64,000 nucleotides of DNA from Octopus sinensis (Eukaryota), in the NCBI RefSeq assembly GCF_006345805.1, contig NC_043010.1, positions 50,344,001 to 50,408,000 on the forward strand. The letters are read 5' to 3'. The stretch's first letter is position 1. Every line of letters begins with the position of its first letter. The notes below the pieces were generated by a model. The model had not been told where the DNA came from. It saw only the letters and a list, made by a program, of their open reading frames with translations, and searched no databases. Below are positions 1-12,672 of the stretch, piece after piece. A program made the translations under genes and the position numbers.

Positions 1-465
1 GTTGTCACTGCCTGATATTTATGATTGATCTTCTAAAATATTTTCTTTCTCAACATACTCAAGATCTTTTGCTTTTTATAAATAGGAGAGAGATAGATAA
101 ACATAGAGAGTAAGAGAATGCGAGGGAGAGCCCGAGAGAAAGGAAGAATAAAAGAGTGGCAAAGTGAGAGAGAAACAAAGAGGGAGAATGTAGTATTCAT
201 TCTAATAGCCCTTTTGTCTTAATGATGTCAATCACACAGTAATTTCCCTTTGTTTAATGGTCATTTTCCTAGCATTTTTTTTTGATGGCCTGATAACTAA
301 AGAGATGCCAGCATGGGTTTCCACCCCGACATCCAAAACTTAGAGTTTTATCATGACTGCTGAATAATTGCCACATACATATTATATTTACAGATAAAGT
401 CCTCTATTTACATAATATCGAGTCTCTTTCATTCTTTTGTTGTCTCGCCATTTCTATCAATATAT

Positions 466-532
<67 letters not shown>

Positions 533-584
533 TATATATAATGATAAATCTCAGAGCGAGTTATAAACGTAGCGGCAACACATT

Positions 585-842
585 GTGACGTATATTTGCC
601 ATTTGATATTGGCTAACCCCTAAGGGTGGATGCTACTGTAGTTTGTAGCACCAGGAAGACACCTCCTCCAGCTGGCTATAGACACACTTTCTGTGCCCTA
701 TCAGTATTTGTGAAGGGAAATACTGATAGGGCACAGAAAGTGTGTCTATAGCCAGCTGGAGGAGGTGTCTTCCTGGGGTTACAAACTACAGTATCATCCA
801 CCCTTAGGGGTTAGCCATATTCAAATGGCAAATATACGTCAC
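585..842. mobile_element. Fold-back (MITE-like) element in a TA-rich context
   Basis: ~125-bp inverted arms, 8-nt loop. Confidence 0.75.
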
Positions 843-994
843 TATATATATATATATATATTTACAATATATGTATATATACATATAAAATATACACACA
901 TATATATACAGTATTTTTTTTTTGCTTTAGTTTCAGTTGATAGTTGTGGCCATGCTGGTGCACCACCGTTTTGCTACACTGTCATTACTGAGCG

Positions 995-1370
995 CCTCCT
1001 CCAATATGTGGCACTTGGTGAAGAATGGAGTTTGATGCAGCTACCCTCATTTGCACCTCTTGCCATGAGGTAGGTTCATCTGGAACTTTCAACAGGAAGA
1101 TGTCCAGCTTTCATTTACAAATGCCTACATCTACTTTGTGCAAGTTCTTTAGGTTCTCTGGAAGAATATTAAAAAGCTGTGGGCCCCTGAAACCCAGGCT
1201 GTTGCAGTAGCTGGTCCTGATGGCATTTGCTGGGATTTTTGGCACTATGCAGTGTTGTCCTGTTCTGGCATTAGAGTAGCTTTCAATGCCAAAATTTGGC
1301 ACAATTCCTTCCAGGATCTTTCAGATGTATATTACTGCATACCTCTCCTGTCTTTTCTCCAGGGAGTAGA
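995..1370 (-). mobile_element. CR1/L2-type LINE ORF2 C-terminal remnant
   Basis: IRTSYCNSLGFRGPQLFNILPENLKNL...KVPDEP. Confidence 0.75.
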
Positions 1371-1411
1371 GTCTTAGCTGTTTCAACCTTTCTGAGTACA
1401 TATATATATAC

Positions 1412-1447
<36 letters not shown>

Positions 1448-1585
1448 TGTAGGCTCAAAACGTAAAAGACTTACTCATTTCCTGAGCGTTAAACTATACA
1501 TCTGTTTGTTGTTTATACACCCGCCTTCATCTTTTGTTCTGTTTTTTTTTGTAAATTCTAACTATATACAGTGTATGTATATATA

Positions 1586-1618
<33 letters not shown>

Positions 1619-1800
1619 AATACAATATATATATATACATATATATATTATATATATAAAATTATATATATGCATACATATATTATATATATAAAATTAT
1701 ATATATGCCTATATATATACATATATATATACATATACATATATATATTATATATATATATATTATATATACAATATATATATACAATATATATATATAT

Positions 1801-1834
<34 letters not shown>

Positions 1835-1940
1835 GTGTGTGTATATATATATATACATACAATATATATATAGATGAGATCAGATCCCACAAAAAGAAAA
1901 TATTAAGATATAATTAGTTACAATGCATATAAATACATAC

Positions 1941-1966
1941 CTTCCTCAGTGAGCATATGTAATAAT
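1941..1966 (-). CDS. unc79: Candidate 26-nt unc79 micro-exon LLHMLTEE
   Basis: tttttcttag acceptor and AAG/GTATGT donor; open with phase-2 entry. Confidence 0.5.
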
Positions 1967-2441
1967 CTAAGAAAAATAGCAAGTTTAACTTATATACTCT
2001 CCCATCTGTGCCCACCCCTAATCTCTATGGGACTTATTTAATGAAAAAATAAATTAATAACCATAGAAAAAAATTGAAATAAAAAATATAGAGTGCAGTG
2101 AAAATATAGTGAAATAGAAATTCTTAAGTGGATAAAAGTGATAGCAAAGAAGTCAAAAATGAAATAAAATAATAGCTTTAATAATTAATCAAATGATGCT
2201 GTGTGAATTAATTTAAATTTCTGAATTACTAAGTTATCTATTATGTAATGTCATTACAAATAATGTTGGTATTCACAACTGTTTGATCAACTATTTTTAA
2301 GGTCGATTTTTGTTGTTTTAGCTATGTTTTTTAAGATTTGTGTTAACATCTAATTGTGACTTTCTTATGTTTATTTAATGGCAAGTAAATAAGTGATGTG
2401 TTTTGCAATTGTTGTTATGGTCTATGTTTATATTTGCTTAT

Positions 2442-2532
<91 letters not shown>

Positions 2533-2839
2533 GTGTTATACTTGGAGATAGTCATTTTATATTACCATCACTAATGTTATTCACTCAGATTTATCCATGC
2601 ATGTATTTGTGCATGTACACATACATGTTTGTGTGTGTGTTTTTTACCCCACAAGTGCTTGACAACCAGTGTTGATGTGCTTACATCCCCTAACTTAGTG
2701 GTCCATCATAAGAAACTGATAGAATATGTACCAAGCTTAAAAAAAATAAAAAAGTACTAGAATCAATTCATTTGACTAAAATTCTTCAAAGTGGTGCCCC
2801 AGCATGGCCACAGTTTAATTACTCAAACAAGTAAAAGAC

Positions 2840-2871
<32 letters not shown>

Positions 2872-4324
2872 ACTAGACTACTTGTGACCTGTTGGGTCAC
2901 CGGGAAGCTCTGAGTTTTTCAGCAATGGTATTTTGCTTCGAGGCTTTTTTTCTTTTCCAGGTTATTTCGCATGCTTTCAACAAATGTGACATCGAAGTCA
3001 CACAAAAACAGCCCCTTTTCCCACAAAAAGAAAGATTTGGTTGCTATTTCTTGCATGCCCTGCTTCCACATAACAGGTATTTTGGGTCCTTTATCACAAA
3101 AAGCTGTTACATGGTAGCAGGGCGTGTTAGAAATAGCAGCCAAATACATTGAATGCACTCAGAAAAAACCTATGGAAAAAAATCTATTTCACACTGAGGT
3201 TACAAACAGGTCTTTTACGAATTATTTACTGTATTCTTAAAGTCCTTTTCACTTTAGAATAGTTTTTAAATATGCCAACAAAAGTTTTAGTAATGGTATT
3301 CACTTGAAAATGATTTTAAAAAAAACATTAAAATATTGTCTGTTTAAAGAAAGCTAAAATATAAATATTTTCTGTACAAACATCTTACATTTTTGAAATC
3401 ACATTCACTTAAAAATATATCTAAATGATTAAAATATTGTGCTTAACAAAAGTGAAAATAGAAACATTTACTGTAAAAAAATATTTCTTTTCTTTGTCAA
3501 CTCAGTGTCTAATAGAAAGATAAGAGTTTCTTCCCTTTCAGGATAAAGATTATTTTCAGAACATTTCCCCATTATGCACCATTTTGGATATTTATACCCC
3601 AAAAACCTTGAATATCTCAAAAGCCACTTTACCAATTTATGCGAAACTTGTTTAATTCCGTTTGTATTAACATTTCAGGGTAAACTTAATTCATAGTATT
3701 TTGCCATTATGCGCCAGTTTGGCTGAGTAAAATTGCAAACAAGCAAGATTCAACCTGACTTTTAATAGTATATATATATATATATATATACATACATTTT
3801 TAACATGTATATATATATATACATTTTTAACTACACACAAAATATGACTACGGACTGTTTTAGTTTCCAATTTTTTCTTCTTTCTAAATCTTTGACTTTG
3901 AATTTTTAATATTTTGATAAGTTTGACATACAAATTGAAACCAGTAATATTTTACAAAAGTCACTTAATGTAACAATAAAAAAATTACTTATCCTGTCTA
4001 GTTAAAAGAAAAAGAAGTCAAAAGATCTTTAAACATACTTCTGTACTATTTCCATTTATACTTTCATTTGTATAAATTCCTAACCCCTTTTCAACTATAT
4101 GTATGTATATCGTTACTCAGTTTTATTTAAAGATTTCTTGCCTTCATATCAACAGAGAAAGAGTCAGCTTCTAACCTAGAGCCAAGGTTCCTTCATTGGA
4201 ATTTCAACAACATCAACATGGTATTGCTGCATGTATGTGTGCAGATTTGTGAGGAATTTTTATGTATGTATTCTCATGCATATACTTGCAAGTCTAGACA
4301 TGCTCACACATACTTAAATGACAA

Positions 4325-4505
4325 ACTTCTGGAAAATTTTACAAAGTTTTACAGTTCTAGCAATGACTTTAAATCTGTAGTCTTTGCATCAGCTTTCTCC
4401 TTTCTGGTTTTGGAAAGCCTAATTTCTCAAGATTGATATTTAGGCAGTGGATTACATATCCCAGAGCCCCAATAATTACAGGTATAAACCTGAACTTGTA
4501 ATCTG
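4325..4505 (-). mobile_element. R4/Dong-like LINE (REL endonuclease) 3' remnant
   Basis: PDYKFRFIPVIIGALGYV...LEKLGF; related pieces at ~16040-16210 and ~45170-45305. Confidence 0.7.
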
Positions 4506-5276
4506 GTATGTGTGTGCATGTGCTCGCGCATGTGCATGCATGCATATTCACATATATGTGTGCATATTAGCATGTGTGTATGAGTTGGTGCTGCCTTGTC
4601 CTAACATCATGTGACTATTAAAAATGAGTGTCGCCCTCATACAAGTGACATTCCTCGTTGCCAAACTTCTAGCTATGAGGTGTAATGTTAATTTTCTTGG
4701 AAACAAGTGAGGATTGGTGACAGGAAGGGTTTCCCGACAGAAAATCTACCTCAACTAATTGCATCCAACCCATGCCAGCATGGATAAGTGGACAATAAAA
4801 TGATGATGATATAAAATTTCTGTCTTTTCAGCTAAACTAATCAAACAAACCACAACATCTCAACAGTTCTATATGAAATTATAAATCAGAACAAGCAAAA
4901 GCAGAAACCATATGCTTCAGAACAAAGCACTAAAATCTGCTAAAATATTTTCAATTTAGGGAAGACAAGACAGTCAATTAGCAAACTAAATTAATTACTA
5001 AACAATATATTTAAAATGATAAATAAATGCACCCTTTTTAAAGCCTAGCCAGGCTCATGGGCCCCTTTTCCAGGTTTCTATGGTATATGTGTTCCCTAGC
5101 TGGACAGGACACCAGTCCATCACAGCATTACTCATTTTTGCCAGCTGAGTGGACTGGAGCAATGTGAAATGAAGTGTTTTGCTCAAGAACACAACACATC
5201 GCCCGGTCCAGGAATCGAAACCACAATCTTATGAACATGATGCTGACACCGTAACCACTAAGCCATGCGCCTCCAC

Positions 5277-5320
<44 letters not shown>

Positions 5321-5483
5321 CCCTGATGCAGTACCAGATATTGCCCGGTCCAGGAATCGAAGCCACAATCTTACGATCATGATGCTGACACCCTAACCAC
5401 TAAGCCATGTGCCTCCACAAACAACATATTTAGATAAGAAAAAATATTTCTGCAAAGGTAAAATTCAACTTTTGTTCAACCTG

Positions 5484-5519
<36 letters not shown>

Positions 5520-6072
5520 ATTTCTTTTTGCTTTTTAGATTTTACACTAGCTGCTAAGTACCAAATTCTTCAGTCTATTATTTCACTCAAAAGTATTTTT
5601 GCTTGTTTTTAATCTGTATGTAATATTTTTCAAAAACTGTGATTTTGGATTCAGTTCCACAGCACAAAACCTTGGGCAAGTATCTTCTACTATAACCTGA
5701 GGCTGACCAAAGCCTTGTGACTGGATTTGGTGTATGGAAACTGAAAGCTCACCACATATATAGATGTGTGTGTGTGTGTGCACATGTGCATGCGTGTGCA
5801 CACATGTGAATGTATGTGCACATGTGTGTATGTGTGACTGTGTGCATATATGGGTGTGAGTGTATCTTTATGCTTGTGTTTGTCTCCTATAGCTTGAGAA
5901 TCAGCATTGGTTTCTTTACTTAGTGGTTCATCAAAAGAGAACAATAAAATAAATATCAGAGTATAAAACCAAGTACTGGGTTCTAAGACCCTTCATTACA
6001 ATGCTCCAGCATGGCTGCAGTCAAATGACTGAAACAAGTAAATCATAAGAAATATAAGATAATACCAAAGAA

Positions 6073-6119
<47 letters not shown>

Positions 6120-6959
6120 TAATAACAACAACAATGATAATAATGATAATAATAATAATACTAATAATAGAGATGCTTTGAAAAGAAGATGCATTATGAA
6201 AGTCTACATGCGAAAGAGTAAATCAGTGGAGAAAAATTAATTAATTAAAAAATTAATTAATAAAAAAAGATGTAAAAATTTTAATTAGAATGAAGTAATT
6301 CTAAAACAAATACAAAGAATTGTTGAAGAAACCTTTATAAGTGTGTAAGAGAATGATGGAAAGAGAATGATAAAGAGAAATAGATAAAGAAATATCGTAC
6401 AGTGAAGAAATAGTGGTTGGCAATAAAAGGGGCATCCAGTTGCGAAGACCCCAGCCAAAACCTCATGCAATACGGTGCAGGATTGAGATGTGTATAAGGA
6501 TTCTGTATTGCATACCCATCCAACCCATGCCAGCATGGAAAAACAGATTTTAAAACTGGTGACGATTGGTGATGGTCATGAGGATGAAGAGGATGATAAG
6601 GAGGAAGAGGAAGATGATAAATAATAATGATTAGAATTATTATTATTAATATAAAGATTTATCATTATTACATTTATTATTGTTATTGTGCATAGAACAA
6701 AAATGCAACAAATATACAAACAATAATGTGATGCAACACAGTATACCGAACAAACCGTTTGATATGTTGTCATTATTATTTAATATGTAAGAAATATAAA
6801 TTTTTTGCTATATGATGATTTGAATAGAACATGTATGTTGTTATAGGAACAACTACCAATAAAGTGTGTGTGAATGTGTGTGTATTCGTGTCTGTATGTG
6901 TCTATGGATGAGTGGGTGTTATGATCCTGTTTAGTTATAGTGCTACTCATAATAACAAA

Positions 6960-7340
6960 ACATACAAATCTGCAAATATACATACATACATGCAGATATA
7001 CATACATACATACATGCATGCATACAGATATACATACATACGTACGTACGTACGTACGTACGTACATACATACATACATACATACATACATACATACAAA
7101 TATACATACATACATACAGATATACATACATACATACATCCATACATATATACATGCAGATATACATACATACATACATACATGTGTACGTACGTATGTA
7201 CATACATACATACATACATACATGCAGATATACATACATACATGCAGATATGCATACATACATGCAGATATACATACGTACCTACATACATACGTACTTA
7301 CATACATACATACATACAGATATACATACATACATACATA

Positions 7341-7374
<34 letters not shown>

Positions 7375-7460
7375 CACGCAGATATACATACATACATACA
7401 TACATACATACATACATACATACATACATACATACATGCAGATATATATATATGTACATA
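6960..7460. repeat. (TACA)n compound microsatellite
   Basis: Direct inspection; source of the HTYI/MYVC pseudo-ORFs. Confidence 0.97.
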
Positions 7461-7920
7461 CATACAACAATACCCGGTTGATGTTATTGAAATTCCATAT
7501 ATTTATACTTCACTGTAAATTATCATGTTTATAGTACAAGGCTTAAATATTGATTTCAAATTTTGGCACAAGGCCAACAGGTTTGGTGGGGGGGAGGCTA
7601 AGTCAGTTACAGTGACCCCAGTGCTTAACTGGTACTTCTTTTATCAACCCTCGAAAGGATCAAAGGCAAAGCTGACCTTGGTGGAGTTTGAAGCCGGAAC
7701 GTAAAGACAGATGAAATGCCACTAAGCATTCTACCCGGTGTGCTAACGATTCTGCCAGTTTGCCACCTTAGTACAGAGCTTAATCATTAATTAATGAGTG
7801 AAAAAAGGTCATGAATTATGTAATTTATGTTCTCTGCATGCATGCTGCCCAGAGATGAATTCCTGTGCAGACATCTTGTTGCTTCCTTGGAGCTCTTTGA
7901 ATGTATGTATATGTATATAT

Positions 7921-8320
7921 ACTCTCTCTTTACTCTTTTACTCGTTTCAGTCATTTGACGGTGGCCATGCTGGAGCACCGCCTTTAGTCGAGCAAATCGA
8001 CCCCAGGAATTATTCTTTGTAAGCCTAGTACTTATTCTATCGGTCTATTTTGCTGAACTGCTAAGTTACGGGGATGTAAACACATCAGCATCGGTTGTCA
8101 AGCAATGTTGGAGGGACAAACACAGACACACACACACATATATATATATATACATATACATATATACGACGGGCTTCTTTCAGTTTCCGTCCACCAAATC
8201 CACTCATAAGGCTTTGGTCGGCCCAAGGCTATAGTAGAAGACACATGCTCAAGGTGCCATGCAGTGGGACAGAACCCAGAACCATGTGGCTGGCAAACAA
8301 GCTACTTACCACACAGCCAT
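7921..8320 (-). mobile_element. Dominant tRNA-derived SINE (family S1) with an internal TA/CA microsatellite
   Basis: Head AGGAGTGGCTGTGTGGTAAG, tail GACTGAAACAAGTAAAAGAG. Other copies at about 23720-24100, 26551-26920, 26920-27301, 36600-36780, 41650-42075, 44343-44733, 44771-45166, 51780-52200, 53890-54295, 62310-62725 and 63968-64000. Confidence 0.88.
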
Positions 8321-8777
8321 GTGTATGTGTAAGTATATGTGGTGTGTGTGTGTGTGTGAGTGTCTGTGTGTGTGTGTAAATTTGAGAGAGTGGGTATCTC
8401 TGTACACATATGCATATGTACATATGTCCCAGAGCTTGTGCATGTCTCTGTATGTCTCTCAGTTGGGTTTTCGCATATGTGTGTCTGTCTGTATCTGTGG
8501 GTGACTCAGAGTGCAATTATATGTATGTATACATATATTTTCACTTATGCATCTAATCAAATTTTGGACATACACTTTTCTTACATACATCTGTATTGAC
8601 TTAACTCATTGATGATGGAGATGAACTTCCATAGCAAGTGATTTGATCTGAGATCGTGTGCTGAAACGAAAACAATTGCAGCGTGGAAGGTGTTTGTAAG
8701 CCATTAAAGAAACACACAAAAGCCATTCGATTCATTTCAACATGTTTAATTTGTCAAAATATGCTGCAGCACGGATT

Positions 8778-8826
8778 TTTGCCAGTGAACAGGTCGCGGT
8801 CTTAAAGCGACGAAAATATTTTGAAA
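8778..8826 (+). ncRNA. Minimal type I hammerhead ribozyme motif, G3-C8 variant
   Basis: GCCA-GTGAACA-G-GTCGC/GCGAC-GAAA-ATAT-TT-TGAA; second copy at 34431-34481 (-). Confidence 0.6.
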
Positions 8827-9099
8827 AATTAAACTTAAATGTTGAAGTGAATCGAACGGCTTTTGTGTTTCTTAAATGGCTTACAAACACCTTCCACGCT
8901 GCAATTGTCATTGATGATGCCATTCCCTATATGGGTACAAATGTAATTCTACAAATGTAATGTAGTTCATAAAATAATCATTTGTTCCTTTGTCATCTCT
9001 TTTTCTTATTACCACTCTATACTCAGCCAACATTTCGTTCTGAAACATATGTATATTGAGCTCTACATTGAGTTATTGGTCTTGCCTAAGTTAGTTAGT

Positions 9100-9590
9100 T
9101 AATTTTTTGGCTCAAAAAGCAAAAAGCAAGGCCATGTAGGGGGGCATGGAGTTATGTACAGGGTGGTGTTCATGTAAAGAGTTCAGGCCACTTGTGGTCA
9201 AGGGAGACTTTGAACTGAGCAGTCGTCGGCATCTTCACTATCTCGTCCGGCAGCTTATTCCACGGATTCGCAACCCGGACGGAGAAAGCCCCTCTCCTTC
9301 GATTGAGATGAAATCATCGCAGATAGAGCTTTTTGGAGTGACCCCACAGCCGACATTCTGGAGCAGGAGTGAAGAACAGCTCTTTCGAGAGGTTACACTT
9401 TCCGCTTATGATGTTGTGAGCGAGAATGAGATCACCATGGCGTCGTCGTTTTTCTAGAGAATAAAGGTCAAGTGTCTTCAGCCTTTCTTCAAAAGACAAA
9501 TGCTTGAGACCAAGAACCATGCGGGTAGCCAGCTTCTGGACTCTTTCGAGATGCTGTATGTCTTTGAGGAGATAAGGAGAAGAGGCTTGA
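9100..9590 (-). mobile_element. CR1-type LINE 3' fragment
   Basis: LERVQKLATRMVLGLKHLSFEERLKTLDLYSLEKRR; same family at ~37765-38070. Confidence 0.88.
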
Positions 9591-9796
9591 ATGAATACAC
9601 ACACATACACATATACACACACACTATTATCTACACACAATCAAAGATTACAAACACAAACATCATTCAGGAATAACAAAATCCTATGAAAATACTGGTT
9701 AGTTACCTATACAAAGAATATTGAATATCATATTTAATACTCAACTGCAAAGTAACTATATAAACCATAGTTTATAAATATTTATTCATTATAATA

Positions 9797-10183
9797 ATAA
9801 AATGAGAAAATAGAAAAGTAATTAAATTAAAAGATTGACAAACATCCTTTACAGCTGTTTTAATCCAGACCTCCAGAAAATTAATTAATTAAATTAAAAT
9901 TATTTGAAATTCGAATCTCTTCAGAGGTTGATAATGATGTACAAAAATAGGTATTCAATTTCTGCATGTTGAGTAAATGGCTGCAAGCCGTTAACTTAAT
10001 TGTTTGCAGCCGTTCACTCAACATGCAGAAATTCAACATCTATTTCATACATCTTTATCTACCTCTGAAGAGATTCAACTTTCAAATAATTTTTAATTTA
10101 ATTCATTTTCTGGGGGTCTGAATTGAAACAGCTGTAAGGGATGTTTGTCAATTTTTTAGTTAATTACTTCTCTATTTTCTCAT

Positions 10184-10197
<14 letters not shown>
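9797..10197. mobile_element. Fold-back Penelope-like non-autonomous element
   Basis: ~190-bp inverted arms, each carrying a hammerhead motif. Confidence 0.65.
10062..10140 (+). ncRNA. Minimal type I hammerhead motif (ACAGCTGT palindrome family)
   Basis: CCT-CTGAAGA-GATTCA..TGAATT-GAAA-CAGCTG-TA-AGG. Confidence 0.65.
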
Positions 10198-10218
<21 letters not shown>

Positions 10219-10697
10219 AGGTTATGAGAGGTAATGGTGTCAAGAAGACCCAAAGGTGTCAGGTAATGCTGAGTAAGTGCTATGGACAGACTATAGTTAA
10301 GCTCCAGGTTCTGTAATTATGCGAATGAGGAGTCCAATGTAGGTCATATATCAGCATGTGTATATATATAAAAAATTAACAGAATAAGATAAAAATCCAA
10401 GGCTGTGAAAGATTTTAGAACATTTATAAAGAGAAGGTCTTACAGCTGTTTCTGGGATATTTTATATAAGAACAATAACTAAATGAAATTCTGCACTACC
10501 TGATTTCCAATTATCTCATCTTGAAGACAAGTATTGCCATAAACATTAGCCAGTGGCATCCACTGCCCAAGCCACTCTGCCTCATGGCATCTTTCCTTCA
10601 GACATGACAGCTTTATCTCAGTTCTATATTTAAGTGATGAGGAATTATGTACATTATTTACATTTGATGGATATTTGTTCTCCTCTTGTTTGTTGTT

Positions 10698-10743
10698 AAC
10701 ACAACATTTTGGCTGATATACCCTCCAGCCTTCGTCAGGTGTC
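10698..10743 (-). ncRNA. Minimal hammerhead motif with G12-to-A change
   Basis: ACAC-CTGACGA-A-GGCTG/CAGCC-AAAA-TG-TT-GTGT. Confidence 0.6.
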
Positions 10744-10967
10744 TTGGATAAATTTCGAACCTGGGTATTTTTTGATGTTATTATTATTATTATTATTATT
10801 ATTCAGGTCACTGACTGGAATCGAACTTGAAATCTTGGGCTTAGTAGCCTGCGCTTTTAACCACTATGCCATATGCCAATGAGCCCACGGGCATATGGCG
10901 CAGTGGTTAAGAGTGCGGGCTACTAACCCCAAGATTCTGAGTTCAATTCCAGGCAGTGACCTGAATG

Positions 10968-10998
<31 letters not shown>

Positions 10999-11927
10999 CA
11001 ACATCGAAAAATACCTTAGGAATGACAATTGTTGTAGTGGTTCACCAAAAGAGACTGATAGAATAAGTACCAGGCTTTAAAAAACAAAACAAAAGTACTG
11101 GGGTCGATTTGTTTGACTAAAATGCTTCAAGGCAGTGCCCCAGCATGGCCACAGTCTAGCTACTGAAACATGTAAAAGGTAAAAGACAAGAGATAAAAGC
11201 TAATTATATTTCACTTCTCTCTCTTGATTCAACAAGTAATTCCTATGCCTAAAACACTGAAATTTAATTAAGCGGTTATAATACATAAGACTGCATTAAG
11301 CTTTTTATTATAATACATGAAAATGAGGAAGTTGTGTGAGGAGGGAATAGCCACTCATAAAAGAAACCAATATACTCTGGAGATTCTGCACAGAGGTTTT
11401 TATAATTAGTCATTAGAGATATCGTGTAGACAAGGAAATTGAAAAATAAGATATAAATTATGGTTCAGCTACAAAGCAATTAAATTAACACCAACAAATG
11501 AACAGCAACAACAATATCAACAATATTGTATATAAATAAATTGATAAATAAACACAACTATGTAACAATGAAATTGAAATTAATTACCCACAGGAGACAA
11601 CTAATTATTTAGAAAGGAATCAAAACAAAAGAACAGAGACTTCCGAGAATAATTAAATTTTGAGATTAATTTCAAATTTGCCAAAACACAGGTGCAGGCA
11701 TGTGTAAGCGTGTGGTTAAGAAGCTCAGTTTGTAACCATGTGGTTTCAGGTTCAATCCCGCTGTGCAGCACATTGGGCATGTGTCTTCTACTATAGATCT
11801 GGGTTGATCAATGCCTTGCGAATGAATTTGGTAGGTGGAAACTGTGTGGAAGCCCATTGTATGTATACATGTGTGTGTGTGTGTGGGGGTATATATACAT
11901 ATATACATACATACATATATTCATAGA

Positions 11928-11978
<51 letters not shown>

Positions 11979-12460
11979 ATGTGTGTGAAGGTGCATGGTT
12001 CAGTGGTTAGAGTGTTGAGCTTACAATCATGAGGTTGTGAGTTCGATTTCCAGACAGGGTCTTGAGCAAGACACTTTATTTCATGTTGCTCCAGTTCACT
12101 CAACTGTAGAAATTAGTTGCAATGTCAGTGCAGCCAAGCTGTATCAGCCTTTGCCTTTCCCCTGGATAATATCGGTGATATGGCGAGGGAAGGCTTGTAT
12201 GCATGGGCAACTGCAGGTCTTCCACAAACAAATTTTTCTAACTAAAATTTACAGCCAAAAAGATTACTTTGAAGGACCAAAATATTCCGTGTGAATTGCA
12301 GCAGGATTTGGAAAGATATTGATGATATTTCAATGTTTACATGTATTGTGAACTGTGAGAATAAGTACACAATACTGTAGTTAACCAGTATATGTGCTTG
12401 TAAACTTTCAAAGCATGAAACCGAAAGTAGTAAAGAAAATCCACAAAGTATGTGTGCGTA

Positions 12461-12525
<65 letters not shown>

Positions 12526-12624
12526 ATGTGTGTGTGTAGACAAACAAATAAGAAACAAAGATGACAAAACGTGTCTACAAGCATACACTTTTTTTCCTCT
12601 TTCACCCTATTTCTTATTTATGTT

Positions 12625-12672
<48 letters not shown>

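Noticed and set aside
795-842. Hammerhead-like look of GCCAT/ATGGC-AAAT-ATACGTC in the 585-842 palindrome, and CTGATAA motifs at ~33790 and ~49750
   Set aside because: Core nucleotides or the UH site cannot be placed without several assumed mutations.
4039-4094. Exon-like segment VEKGLGIYTNESINGNSTE with a GTATGT donor
   Set aside because: Poor pyrimidine tract; it exits in phase 0, which puts a stop in the 1941-1966 candidate; no homology.
6780-7534. Long ORFs (up to 227 aa) on both strands; similar ones at 1571-1917, 13870-14642, 14693-15307, 22961-23454, 43207-43767 and 61642-62368
   Set aside because: Translations of TA, TACA, GAA, GAT and CA microsatellites, which lack stops in some frames; no protein-like complexity.
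9013-9039. 27-nt AG..GT segment
   Set aside because: Stop in phase 1, and it creates TGA when joined in phase 2; no supporting homology.
10889-10961. Possible tRNA genes (also the heads at 20147, 46453, 51310 and 55122)
   Set aside because: A/B boxes are present but acceptor and anticodon stems do not close, and each continues into a multicopy SINE body.
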